From Candidatus Omnitrophota bacterium (GTDB lineage: Bacteria; Omnitrophota; Gorgyraeia; Duberdicusellales; 4484-171), in contig JAFGQU010000012.1 in the NCBI GenBank assembly GCA_016935525.1, positions 67,248-117,433 on the forward strand: a stretch of 50,186 nucleotides of DNA, read 5' to 3'. Of this stretch, positions 34,501 to 41,946 are shown in pieces; positions within the stretch are counted from its first letter, which is position 1, and each line of letters starts with the position of its first letter. A program made the position numbers and the translations under genes. The notes below the pieces were generated by a model. The model did not search any database. It had not been told where the DNA came from and saw nothing but the letters and a program-made list of their open reading frames with translations.

Positions 34501-36351
34501 GACGGATATTCTGATATCATCGTTGGGGCTGGTTCTTATGATAACGGAGAATTAGACGAAGGGGCGGCTTTTGCCTATTATGGTTCGGCTTCCGGGTTGC
34601 CGGGAGTGCCTGACTGGACTACCGAAGGAAATCTTGCCAGTGCCGATTACGGATGGGCAGTGAGTACTGCCGGCGATGTCAACGGTGACGGATATTCCGA
34701 CGTGATCGTGGGGGCCGATACGTATGCGAACGGTCAGGTGAATGAAGGGAAGATATTTGTTTATTATGGAGATCCGGCCGGGTTATCTCTTGTTCCCGAT
34801 TGGACCTATGAGAGTAATTATGCCAATGCGTATTTAGGCGTCGATATCGGTACTGCCGGCGATGTGAATAATGACGGCTATTCCGATGTCATGGTCGGAG
34901 CATATGCCTACAGTAACGGTGAAGTAAATGAAGGTGCGGCTTTTTCATTCTACGGTTCGGCATCGGGTCTTTCTCTTGTGCCGAATTGGCAGACCGAGAG
35001 TAATCAGGCTAACGCGTGGTATGGTTATTTTGTAGATACCGCCGGCGACGTCAACGGTGACGGGTATTCCGACGTGATCGTTTCGGCACCTTTATATGAT
35101 AACGGGGAAAATGATGAGGGGATGACGTTTCTCTATCAGGGCGGTTCGTCCGGTTTATCTTCTGTTGCCGATTGGACCGGAGAGAGCAATCAGGCCAACG
35201 CGCATTTTTCCACACCGGCGTCTTTTGCCGGCGACGTCAACGGTGACGGGTATTCCGATGTGATCATCGCCGCGCCGGATTTCACGAACGGTCAGGTTCA
35301 GGAAGGGCAGGTCTATGTGTATTATGGGTCGGCGGCAGGGCTTGCTCCGGCACCGGTCTGGACGGTCGAAAGCGATCAGGCGAACGCCCGTATGGGATAT
35401 TATGCGGTCAATACCGCCGGTGACGTCAACGGTGACGGGTATTCCGATGTGATCGTCGGAGTTCCGTTTTACGATAACGGCCAGAATAATGAAGGGCGGG
35501 CGTATGTGTATTATGGATCGGCCGGCGGAATATCCGCAAGTCCGGATTGGATAGAAGAGATCGATATTGCGGACGCCTATTTCGGCCATCATGTCGCCTG
35601 CGCCGGAGATATAAACGGAGATAATTATTCCGACATAATCGTCGGTGCGCCGTTTTCGACATTTAGCAATCCCGCTGGTCCCGCCGGAAGGGTATACGTA
35701 TATTACGGAAACGACGAAGGCGGTCTCCCGGTGACTCCCCGACAGTTTAAAACGAACGGAACCCCCTTACCGATTCTCGGCAATACCGGAAACGATGGGT
35801 TTATGCTGCAGCTTTTCGCGAGGACTCCTATGGGGAGGACGAAAGTGAAACTGCAATGGGAGGTAAAACCGTGGGGTACTGATTTTGATATGACCGGTGT
35901 AGGAGAAAGTCCTCAATGGATCGATATCGGGACCGCGGGGAAAACCCTGACACAGAAAGTATCCGGATTACAGGAAGATACTTCTTATCACTGGCGCGTA
36001 AGGGTGCAGTATTTTCCTTTTATGAGTTATTCTCCCTGGTATTCTGTGGGAAATTACGGAGATATCCAGGCTGATTTTGTGACCGGGATACTCCCGGAAA
36101 CTACTTCCATCTCCGGTGTATCCGACTTAGCTCATTCGCTCATTATCCGTTTTGTCTATCCGTACTTGGAACGGTTACGGTTGTTCCAGGTGAATCCTTT
36201 CGAACTTGTAGCTTCCGATGAACTGAAAGGTCCGTTTTTCCTTTACGATCCCGAAGTCGAAATAGAAGGATTTGCCAAGCTCGATAAAACCAACGATGAA
36301 GTGGAGAGGGAAAAAGAGCATGCGCATAAGAAGAGAAATATTTATCGATAA
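31516..36351 (+). CDS. TpsA-type exoprotein: TPS (haemagglutination-activity) secretion domain fused to a 14-blade FG-GAP (integrin-alpha-like) region
   Basis: 1611 aa. N-terminal signal peptide, then VNYQDFSIGKTEQVSFHQPSSGAIALNRVVGESPSAILGRLSANGKVFLVNPNGVLFG (TPS domain with NPNG). There are 14 copies of AGDVNGDGYSDVIVGA-type FG-GAP/Ca-binding motifs. Confidence 0.88.
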   Translation: MSFTGINGKKNRLSSVRLLLVFALSLYAVWGYCLPQGEKVVSGSARFDRSGEQLSITTPSDRLIVNYQDFSIGKTEQVSFHQPSSGAIALNRVVGESPSAILGRLSANGKVFLVNPNGVLFGPDSRVDVAGLVASTLAVRDEDFLAGRYHFSGQGSETAILTNQGQIEIQAQGYACLLSPSIENQGVIQAPLGTIVLAAGEKMTLALDEQNDISVVIADPVMTEHIHSVVDRGSMLENSGVLAADGGKVVLTAKGFNEVLDYSINNSGIIQADSWENHDGIVELIASEGTVVNTGTISAGQVHLNITAPYFFNAGDMFVEDLNSWWECAQTLLFWQEYVPSLQAEGESERWHLVNRAQNLRAYIDDQGWILQSRDQSGSAWQWEYVFVGVGKEDGEFLVYPDLTGDSVSPQLNKIVRDHGDVREWYVNGPEGIEQGFTVMNEPQGEGMLVIKGLVETDLSVSFSSSQEVTFTADDHTSGFTYRDLKVYDALGNVLPSRMEITQEEGKMYLSFFIDDSTAVYPLKIDPVSASPDWMVAEANMIGDWFGFACESAGDVNADGYSDVLVGAAGWDNGEAGEGAAYLYYGSAGGLSAVSDWMVEGDSVDANLGWVVATAGDVNGDGFSDVVIGLPGYENGEAIEGAVWGFYGSAGGLGSSPNWAIESNWANSLLGTDAATAGDVNGDGYSDVIVGAYAYSNGEANEGAAYLYYGSASGLSLVPDWQAESNVAGAWYGYWTRTAGDVNGDGFSDVIVTAPQYSNGEANEGAAYIYYGSAGGLPGVADWQVEANVANVILGAGAGTAGDVNGDGYSDVIVAVPKYTNGQANEGAAYVYYGSALGVSAVPDWTVESDQADAWMGYYATATAGDVDGDGYSDVIVGAPFYDNGENDEGRVFLYQGSSTGLSFTADWTGESDVVDAYFGHHVATAGDINGDGFSDVVIGAPFSTFTNPAGGIGRAYLYYGSSSTLSLSPDWTHQTGQAGDWFGFTCESAGDVNADGYSDIIVGAGSYDNGELDEGAAFAYYGSASGLPGVPDWTTEGNLASADYGWAVSTAGDVNGDGYSDVIVGADTYANGQVNEGKIFVYYGDPAGLSLVPDWTYESNYANAYLGVDIGTAGDVNNDGYSDVMVGAYAYSNGEVNEGAAFSFYGSASGLSLVPNWQTESNQANAWYGYFVDTAGDVNGDGYSDVIVSAPLYDNGENDEGMTFLYQGGSSGLSSVADWTGESNQANAHFSTPASFAGDVNGDGYSDVIIAAPDFTNGQVQEGQVYVYYGSAAGLAPAPVWTVESDQANARMGYYAVNTAGDVNGDGYSDVIVGVPFYDNGQNNEGRAYVYYGSAGGISASPDWIEEIDIADAYFGHHVACAGDINGDNYSDIIVGAPFSTFSNPAGPAGRVYVYYGNDEGGLPVTPRQFKTNGTPLPILGNTGNDGFMLQLFARTPMGRTKVKLQWEVKPWGTDFDMTGVGESPQWIDIGTAGKTLTQKVSGLQEDTSYHWRVRVQYFPFMSYSPWYSVGNYGDIQADFVTGILPETTSISGVSDLAHSLIIRFVYPYLERLRLFQVNPFELVASDELKGPFFLYDPEVEIEGFAKLDKTNDEVEREKEHAHKKRNIYR
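33106..35715 (+). repeat. Coding tandem repeats: 14 FG-GAP blades (~186 nt each) as two duplicated 7-blade modules
   Basis: Both modules start with GDWFGF(A/T)CESAGDVNADGYSD and end with DAYFGHHVA.AGDINGD..SD...GAPFSTF.NPAG. The second module starts near 34424. Confidence 0.85.
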
Positions 36352-36357
36352 AAGGTA

Positions 36358-36386
36358 TTGACAAATAAAACGATCATCAATAGAAT
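36358..36386 (+). promoter_or_regulatory. Candidate promoter (near-leaderless) of the DUF6580-like gene
   Basis: TTGACA, 17-nt spacer, TAGAAT. The ATG at 36396 is 9 nt after the -10 element. Confidence 0.55.
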
Positions 36387-36395
36387 ATTTCTATT

Positions 36396-36896
36396 ATGTG
36401 GTTAGCAATTGTTTTTATCGTGGTCACGATTCTCGCCCGGTTGATTCCCCATGTACCGAATTTTTCTCCCTTGGTCGCGGTCGCTTTGTTTTCCGGCGTA
36501 TACCTCAAAAAACGCTGGGCTCTGATTATTCCCCTGGTCATCTATATGGTTTCCGATCTTATTATGGGATTGCATAACGTCGTGCTGTTTACCTGGGGAA
36601 GTATGGCGCTTGTCGCGCTTATCGGCATCTATCTCAAACGGCATAAGACCCCGCTTGCGATATTGAGCGGGACGTTGGTTTCATCGGTCGTTTTCTTTAT
36701 CGTGACCAATTTCGGAGTATGGCTGGGCGGATGGTATACCCTGACGTTCGCCGGGCTTGTCGATTGTTTCACACTGGCGATCCCGTTTTTCCGGACTTCG
36801 CTTCTTGCGAATATTGTCTACGTAGGCGTGTTATTCGGAGTCTATGAATTCCTTTCCCGCAAAGTAGTGGTTGCCCGTAAGCAGCCGATCTCATAA
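36396..36896 (+). CDS. DUF6580-like putative transport membrane protein
   Basis: 166 aa with about five TM helices. The N-terminal RLIPHVPNFSPLVAVALFSG and C-terminal TNFGVW ... IPFFR motifs match my recollection of the DUF6580 family. Confidence 0.6.
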   Translation: MWLAIVFIVVTILARLIPHVPNFSPLVAVALFSGVYLKKRWALIIPLVIYMVSDLIMGLHNVVLFTWGSMALVALIGIYLKRHKTPLAILSGTLVSSVVFFIVTNFGVWLGGWYTLTFAGLVDCFTLAIPFFRTSLLANIVYVGVLFGVYEFLSRKVVVARKQPIS

Positions 36897-36928
36897 ATCC
36901 CGTTCTTTTACAATATGTTGTTACAATA

Positions 36929-37128
36929 CGTTTTTCGGTGCCGCAAGGCTTAATAGGGAATCCCGTGATTCCGATACTTCGGAAAAGTCGGGAGCTCTCC
37001 CGGAGCTGTAACCCTCTTCCGTATGATCATGCGGAAACCTGTGGAACAATTTTTCAAACCACTGTCCCGATATCGGGATGGGAAGGTAGTTGCGCAGGCG
37101 AGGGAAGTCAGAAGACCTGCCGAAACGA
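36929..37128 (+). promoter_or_regulatory. Cobalamin (B12) riboswitch
   Basis: Conserved core AATAGGGAA...GTGATTCC..., GCTGTAACC, CCACTG...GGGAAGG and a B12 box AGTCAGAAGACCTGCC. P1 pairs CGTTTTTCGG with CCGAAACG. Confidence 0.88.
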
Positions 37129-37199
37129 TGTGCGGTTAGATTTTGCGCGGAACAGAATCTGATTTTTTATTTGTTTAGGGCAAAGAAAGACAGGGTGCA

Positions 37200-37237
37200 C
37201 CCCTATACCATACCGGTATAGGGGTTTTTTATTTTTT
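37200..37237 (+). terminator. Intrinsic terminator (riboswitch expression platform)
   Basis: CCCCTATACC-ATACC-GGTATAGGGG followed by TTTTTTATTTTTT, located between the aptamer and the receptor gene. Confidence 0.8.
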
Positions 37238-37266
37238 AGGGGGCTAATAAAGACAGAGGTGTGACA

Positions 37267-39261
37267 ATGAAAAAGAGGAGAATCGAGGGGGACGCCTATT
37301 TTTGGGTGATAATCGTTTTTTTGGCACAGATCTGTTGTATCGGTGAGGGCTACACGCAAGAAAACACTCTCGCCGAACAATTTTTAAGTCTCGGTGAGAT
37401 CGTCGTTACTCCTTTTAGAATACCGTCTTCGGCTTATTCGCAGGGTATCCATTTAAACGTGATCGATAAAGATGCATTTGAGAAGAAACAGTTATTTACG
37501 GTAGGAGAAAGCATCATGTATACCGAAGGTATCGACGTGGTCTCCGGCGGTACGCTCGGGGGCACCTCGGCAGGAGTGAATATCCGGGGCGCGCAAACCC
37601 GGCATACCGCGTATATGTTCGAGGGAATAAAACTGTATGACCCGTCCAATACTTCGGCATATTATGTGCCTTCCGATTTTTTAGTGAACGGGTTGGAAAA
37701 AATAGAAGTAGTCAAACTCCCGCTTTCTTCGCTTTACGGTTCATCTCCGATGGGCGGCGTGATCAATTTTATCGCGAAAAAACCCCGCACCCGTCCGTAC
37801 GTTTCTTTGACGACCATGGGCGGTTCCTATTCTACTCAAGCCGAGAATCTGGAACTCGGCGGTCAAGTGAACCGGATATCTTATCTGTTCAATTTTTCCC
37901 GTATCGACAGCCGCGGGACATCGCAAGCTAAAGAAAAAAACAATAATCCCGAAAAAGATGCTTATCAAAACACTAACCTTACTTTCAATTTGAATTATAC
38001 CGAGCCCGAAGATATCGAAATGGGCTTTGCCTTTCACGGGATCCATGCCCGTAGAGAACTTGATGATGACGATAACCTTGACGGGATACCGGAGGATGAT
38101 ATCGATAATCTCAGCTGGAACAACGAGTTCGTCGGTACCGTCTATGTAGAAAAAACGTTGAATGACTATATATCCTATCGCGTGCAGGGAGGGATCACTT
38201 CGCTTTACCGTAAGTATCGTGACGATAATGCGGGAGGAGGAGACGAATATACTCAAGGCTGGTATCGCGGCCAGACGTATCAGTTCCTGAACCATTTCGA
38301 AGTCACCCCGTGTGACTGGACAAAGGTGCTCATCGGGTATGACTATACCCGGGAGAAAATGGACGGATACCGGTATACGTTTGATTATACCTGGATGTTC
38401 GGCTTTGAATCGGACAGCCCTAAAGAAATCGTCGACACTAAAGGGTGGTTTAGTGAAGTCATCTTAACCCCGGCGGAAAATGTAGAATTCGATTTTTCTT
38501 ATCGTCGCCAGGATCATCCGATCTTTAAAGCCCATTCGGTGTTCAAAACCGGCGTATCTTATTCACCATGGGACGCACTTACCCTGTCTACTTCTTACAG
38601 TGAAGGATTTAAGGCCCCTTCTTTATATCAGTTGTATTCGACTAACGGGAACACCGATCTCCAGCCGGAAGAGTCAGAGACCTGGGAAGTCGGGTTCGAC
38701 CTGAAATGTAATGATTCGGTCTCTTTAGGGGTCGCCTATTTCCATTCGAATTTCAGAAACCTTATTGATTTTGTGTACACGAACCCCTCATTATTTATAG
38801 GAAAATATCTAAACGCGGGTAAAGCCGAATCGGAAGGTATTGAGATAAAAGCCGATGCCGCTTTCGGTGAACACCTCACGTTGAGTGCCGGGTATACCTA
38901 TTTAAACGGAGATCAGGATTTTGTCGATCAGGATTTCGTGACGATTTTTCAACATTCGCTTATTCGGGTACCCACTCATAAGGCTTTTTTACAGTTAGGC
39001 TGGAAACTCGGTAAATTGAACACGTATTTTGACCTGCTCTATGCCGGTAAGCGTATCGACCGGGTATGGGTAGGGATGTTTGATGAGTTCGTTACTATGA
39101 AATCATACCTTTTAGGTAATCTTTCTTTTGAGTATGCTGTAGGTGAACACAACGTTGTATTTTTTAAAATAAACAACCTGTTCGATAAAGATTATGAACG
39201 GATCAAAGGGTACCAGCAGGAACGAATATCGTTTTACGGGGGGATGAAACTCAATTTTTGA
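37267..39261 (+). CDS. btuB: TonB-dependent outer-membrane receptor (BtuB-like, B12-riboswitch controlled)
   Basis: Signal peptide, TonB-box-like GEIVVTPF, plug motifs (RGAQTRHTAYMFEGIKLYD), a 22-strand-type barrel and a terminal ...GGMKLNF. The ATG at 37267 is preferred over GTG 37261. Confidence 0.88.
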   Translation: MKKRRIEGDAYFWVIIVFLAQICCIGEGYTQENTLAEQFLSLGEIVVTPFRIPSSAYSQGIHLNVIDKDAFEKKQLFTVGESIMYTEGIDVVSGGTLGGTSAGVNIRGAQTRHTAYMFEGIKLYDPSNTSAYYVPSDFLVNGLEKIEVVKLPLSSLYGSSPMGGVINFIAKKPRTRPYVSLTTMGGSYSTQAENLELGGQVNRISYLFNFSRIDSRGTSQAKEKNNNPEKDAYQNTNLTFNLNYTEPEDIEMGFAFHGIHARRELDDDDNLDGIPEDDIDNLSWNNEFVGTVYVEKTLNDYISYRVQGGITSLYRKYRDDNAGGGDEYTQGWYRGQTYQFLNHFEVTPCDWTKVLIGYDYTREKMDGYRYTFDYTWMFGFESDSPKEIVDTKGWFSEVILTPAENVEFDFSYRRQDHPIFKAHSVFKTGVSYSPWDALTLSTSYSEGFKAPSLYQLYSTNGNTDLQPEESETWEVGFDLKCNDSVSLGVAYFHSNFRNLIDFVYTNPSLFIGKYLNAGKAESEGIEIKADAAFGEHLTLSAGYTYLNGDQDFVDQDFVTIFQHSLIRVPTHKAFLQLGWKLGKLNTYFDLLYAGKRIDRVWVGMFDEFVTMKSYLLGNLSFEYAVGEHNVVFFKINNLFDKDYERIKGYQQERISFYGGMKLNF

Positions 39262-39295
39262 GAGGACGGCCGGCCCGGAAGAATAACTGAACATC

Positions 39296-39324
39296 TTGTA
39301 ATCTCAAAAAAATGATCTTATAAT
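39296..39324 (+). promoter_or_regulatory. Candidate promoter of tonB (near-leaderless)
   Basis: TTGTAA, 17-nt spacer, TATAAT. The ATG at 39333 is 8 nt after the -10 element. Confidence 0.5.
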
Positions 39325-39332
39325 ATCTTTAG

Positions 39333-39995
39333 ATGACAAAAAATATGTGGAACCTTTCTCTGGCTATCTCGATCATGCTGCATGGGGCATTGCTTTTTTC
39401 TTTACCGGCATTTTTTGCCCGGCAGTCTTCAAAAAAAGTAACCCGGGAACTTCAGATCGTGCCCCAGGAGTTAGAAAAGATACCGTTGATCGAGGGAAAA
39501 GAGATGTATCTTGAAAAACCTCCGGCATATATCGATAATATCGTGAAAAAGACCATATTGGATTCGACCGCTCCGTTTTCTTTAGAGAAACCGGATATCG
39601 ATATGCCGGGAAATCCTATTCAACTGGTCATCGAGAAAGTCGAAAGTATATTTCCCGACGAACAATCAAAAGAGACATTGTTTTCTCAAGATCAGTCCCC
39701 TCAGGAGACCCCGGCCTATATGGATTACTATCGCGCGGTAAGAGAGAAGATCCGTAACGTTGCCCATCGTTATTATAATAATAGCGAAAAAGGAGTGGTG
39801 ACGGTCTCTTTTATTATCCGCAAAGACGGTAACCTTTCGGCGCTCGATCTGTCTCAAGACGAGTCAGCTAATTATCAGCTTATTCAGGTCGCCCGGCGCA
39901 GCGTCAATGATGCCGCGCCGTTCCCGTCGTTTCCGCAAGAGTTGGATTATTCGCAATTACAATTTAACCTTTCGATCCATTTCAAAAGTAACTAG
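39333..39995 (+). CDS. tonB: Energy transducer TonB-family protein
   Basis: 220 aa. N-terminal TM anchor and a C-terminal TonB_C-like domain (GVVTVSFIIRKDGNLSALDLSQ...AAPFPSFP). Confidence 0.8.
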   Translation: MTKNMWNLSLAISIMLHGALLFSLPAFFARQSSKKVTRELQIVPQELEKIPLIEGKEMYLEKPPAYIDNIVKKTILDSTAPFSLEKPDIDMPGNPIQLVIEKVESIFPDEQSKETLFSQDQSPQETPAYMDYYRAVREKIRNVAHRYYNNSEKGVVTVSFIIRKDGNLSALDLSQDESANYQLIQVARRSVNDAAPFPSFPQELDYSQLQFNLSIHFKSN

Positions 39996-39999
39996 TTCG

Positions 40000-40041
40000 C
40001 CCGTTTTCCCGTTACCCCGTTGACCCGTTCTTTTGAACGGG
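40000..40041 (+). repeat. CCCGTTnn octamer tandem array ending in a perfect hairpin
   Basis: CCCGTT starts at 40000, 40008, 40016 and 40024 (exact 8-nt period). The last unit forms CCCGTTC-TTTT-GAACGGG. Confidence 0.8.
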
Positions 40042-40146
40042 CAAACGATAACATCATGAAACGATTTCGGTAACCGGAAGGCAAATATCGTAACGGGCTT
40101 TGTAACCGTGTCCGTGGGGCGGATGTGCATAATAAGCCCGAAACTG

Positions 40147-40175
40147 TTGACATTTAGGATGGCGATTGCTATAGT
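40147..40175 (+). promoter_or_regulatory. Candidate promoter (leaderless) of the MEMO-like gene
   Basis: TTGACA, 17-nt spacer, TATAGT. The ATG at 40182 starts 6 nt after the -10 element. Confidence 0.6.
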
Positions 40176-40181
40176 AATTCA

Positions 40182-40988
40182 ATGATTATGGCAAGAGAGC
40201 CTATTGTGAGCGGAAAATTTTATCCTCAAAGTGCCCGTTCTTTGAACGAGCAGATCGCCGGGTTTGTGAATGGTAATCCTGCTAAAACTTCGGCATTGGG
40301 AGCGATCATTCCTCATGCCGGATACATCTATTCCGGAAGAGTGGCCGCTCAGACTCTTTCCCGGATCATCCCGCGGAAAAAGGTGGTTATTTTAGGCCCC
40401 AATCACAGCGGGTTAGGAGGACCTTTCAGTATATTCAATCAAGGGAATTGGCGTACTCCGTTGGGGGAGGTAGCAGTCGATGAAGATCTGGCCGCAAAAT
40501 TGCTCGATCGATGCGGACAGCTTTCGGCCGATATGCTCGCTCATCAATTCGAACATTCGATCGAAGTAATCCTTCCGTTTTTACAGTATTTTTTCAAAGA
40601 GTTCACGGTGATTCCGATAACCTGCCAGTCTCAAGGATTAGCGGCTTATCAAAAACTCGCGGGAGATATGGCGCACGTACTCAAATACGAAAAAGATACG
40701 TTGATTATCGCTTCAAGCGATATGACCCATTATGAACCGGATTCGCTTGCACGGAAAAAGGACCGTCAGGCGATCGAGAGCATTGTCCGTTTAGATGAAG
40801 AAGAACTGATTAAAAAGACAAAAACTCAACATATTACCATGTGCGGGACCGCTACCGTACCGATCATGCTTGCGTTGACCAAACAGTTAGGCGCCAGCAA
40901 GGCCGAAGTGGTGTTATATGAGACCAGTGCCGCCGCATCCGGAGATACTTCAAGTGTGGTAGGATATTTAGGTGCGATCATCAGTTAG
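40182..40988 (+). CDS. AmmeMemoRadiSam system protein B (MEMO1-family)
   Basis: 268 aa. VSGKFYP, IIPHAGYIYSG, GPNH and SSDMTHY motifs. Confidence 0.85.
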   Translation: MIMAREPIVSGKFYPQSARSLNEQIAGFVNGNPAKTSALGAIIPHAGYIYSGRVAAQTLSRIIPRKKVVILGPNHSGLGGPFSIFNQGNWRTPLGEVAVDEDLAAKLLDRCGQLSADMLAHQFEHSIEVILPFLQYFFKEFTVIPITCQSQGLAAYQKLAGDMAHVLKYEKDTLIIASSDMTHYEPDSLARKKDRQAIESIVRLDEEELIKKTKTQHITMCGTATVPIMLALTKQLGASKAEVVLYETSAAASGDTSSVVGYLGAIIS

Positions 40989-40995
40989 GAGGAGG

Positions 40996-41343
40996 ATGAT
41001 GAACGAAGAAGTAAGAAAACGCGTTGATGAGGAATGGAAAGCGCAGGTCGATAAAGAAAAAACTCAAGCTCAAAAAGACGAGGCAGTGTATCATCAGCCG
41101 ACATTTACTATTTTTCTGTCATCACTGGGGATGCAGGCAATGATCGCTTTGGGAAAATTAGAGAACCCTTTAACCGGTAAGGCTGATAAAAATATGGAAC
41201 AGGCCCGGTTCCTTATCGATACGATGACGATCCTTAAAGAAAAAACCAAAGGAAACCTTTCGGCCGAAGAGGAGAAAATGCTGGAAGAGGCGGTCTATAA
41301 CCTTCAGCTCCTGTATGTCCAGGAGAAAAATGCACGCTCATGA
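40996..41343 (+). CDS. DUF1844-domain protein
   Basis: PTFTIFLSSLGMQAMIALG...NMEQARFLIDTMTILKEKTKGNL, typical of DUF1844. The ATG at 40996/40999 follows AGGAGGAGG. The ORF-track start 40972 is rejected. Confidence 0.75.
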   Translation: MMNEEVRKRVDEEWKAQVDKEKTQAQKDEAVYHQPTFTIFLSSLGMQAMIALGKLENPLTGKADKNMEQARFLIDTMTILKEKTKGNLSAEEEKMLEEAVYNLQLLYVQEKNARS

Positions 41344-41513
41344 TACATGAAGATCTATTGAACATTCTGGCGTGTCCGGCATGTAAAACTCAGGTAAAAT
41401 TTAATAACGATACGCTTGTCTGTAGCGCGTGTCACCGGATGTATCCGGTACGGGAGGGGATCCCGATCATGTTAATCGAGGAGGCGGAAATTGAAAAAAA
41501 AGAAAAAGAATAA
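41340..41513 (+). CDS. Trm112-family (UPF0434/DUF343) small zinc-ribbon protein
   Basis: 57 aa, below the ORF-track cutoff. My translation: MIHEDLLNILACPACKTQVKFNNDTLVCSACHRMYPVREGIPIMLIEEAEIEKKEKE. It has the LACPxC ... CxxC ... YP..(D/E)GIP.ML signature. The ATG overlaps the upstream stop (ATGA). Confidence 0.8.
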   Translation: MIHEDLLNILACPACKTQVKFNNDTLVCSACHRMYPVREGIPIMLIEEAEIEKKEKE

Positions 41514-41946
41514 AGTATTGATTATCCATGGGCCGAACCTGCATCTTTTAGGGAAACGGGAGACCGGTATTTACGGGAAATTCACTCTTAAGGCGCTCGA
41601 AAAAATACTTCAAGTGAAAGCGAAAGAGTTGAAGCTTGATTATGAAAGTTTCCAGTCGAATTCCGAAGGCGAGATCGTCGATAAGATCACAAAGAACGAA
41701 TACGATTTTCTGATCATCAACCCCGCCGCCTATACCCATACCTCGGTAGCGATCCGTGATGCGCTTTTAGGCGTTCAGAAACCGGCGATCGAAGTCCATA
41801 TATCCAATATTTATCGTCGGGAAGATTTCCGCCGGAAATCTCTCGTATCGGATACGGTGATCGGGGTAATAAGCGGTCTGGGTAAATACAGTTATCTTCT
41901 GGCTCTGGACGCAGCAAGTTTTTTTTTACGTGAAAAAAAGAATTAA
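41491..41946 (+). CDS. aroQ: Type II 3-dehydroquinate dehydratase
   Basis: IHGPNLHLLGKRE, INPAAYTHTS and HISNIYRREDFR motifs. The TTG start at 41491 is 6 nt after GAGGAGG. Confidence 0.92.
   Translation: MKKKKKNKVLIIHGPNLHLLGKRETGIYGKFTLKALEKILQVKAKELKLDYESFQSNSEGEIVDKITKNEYDFLIINPAAYTHTSVAIRDALLGVQKPAIEVHISNIYRREDFRRKSLVSDTVIGVISGLGKYSYLLALDAASFFLREKKN

Noticed and set aside
33053-35662. Several 60-145-aa ORFs on both strands inside the FG-GAP repeat region (for example 33053-33259, 33926-34210, 35155-35592)
   Set aside because: They are low-complexity His/Arg/Pro-rich shadow frames of the repeated GGTGACGTCAACGGTGACGG-type coding DNA. They recur only because the DNA repeats.
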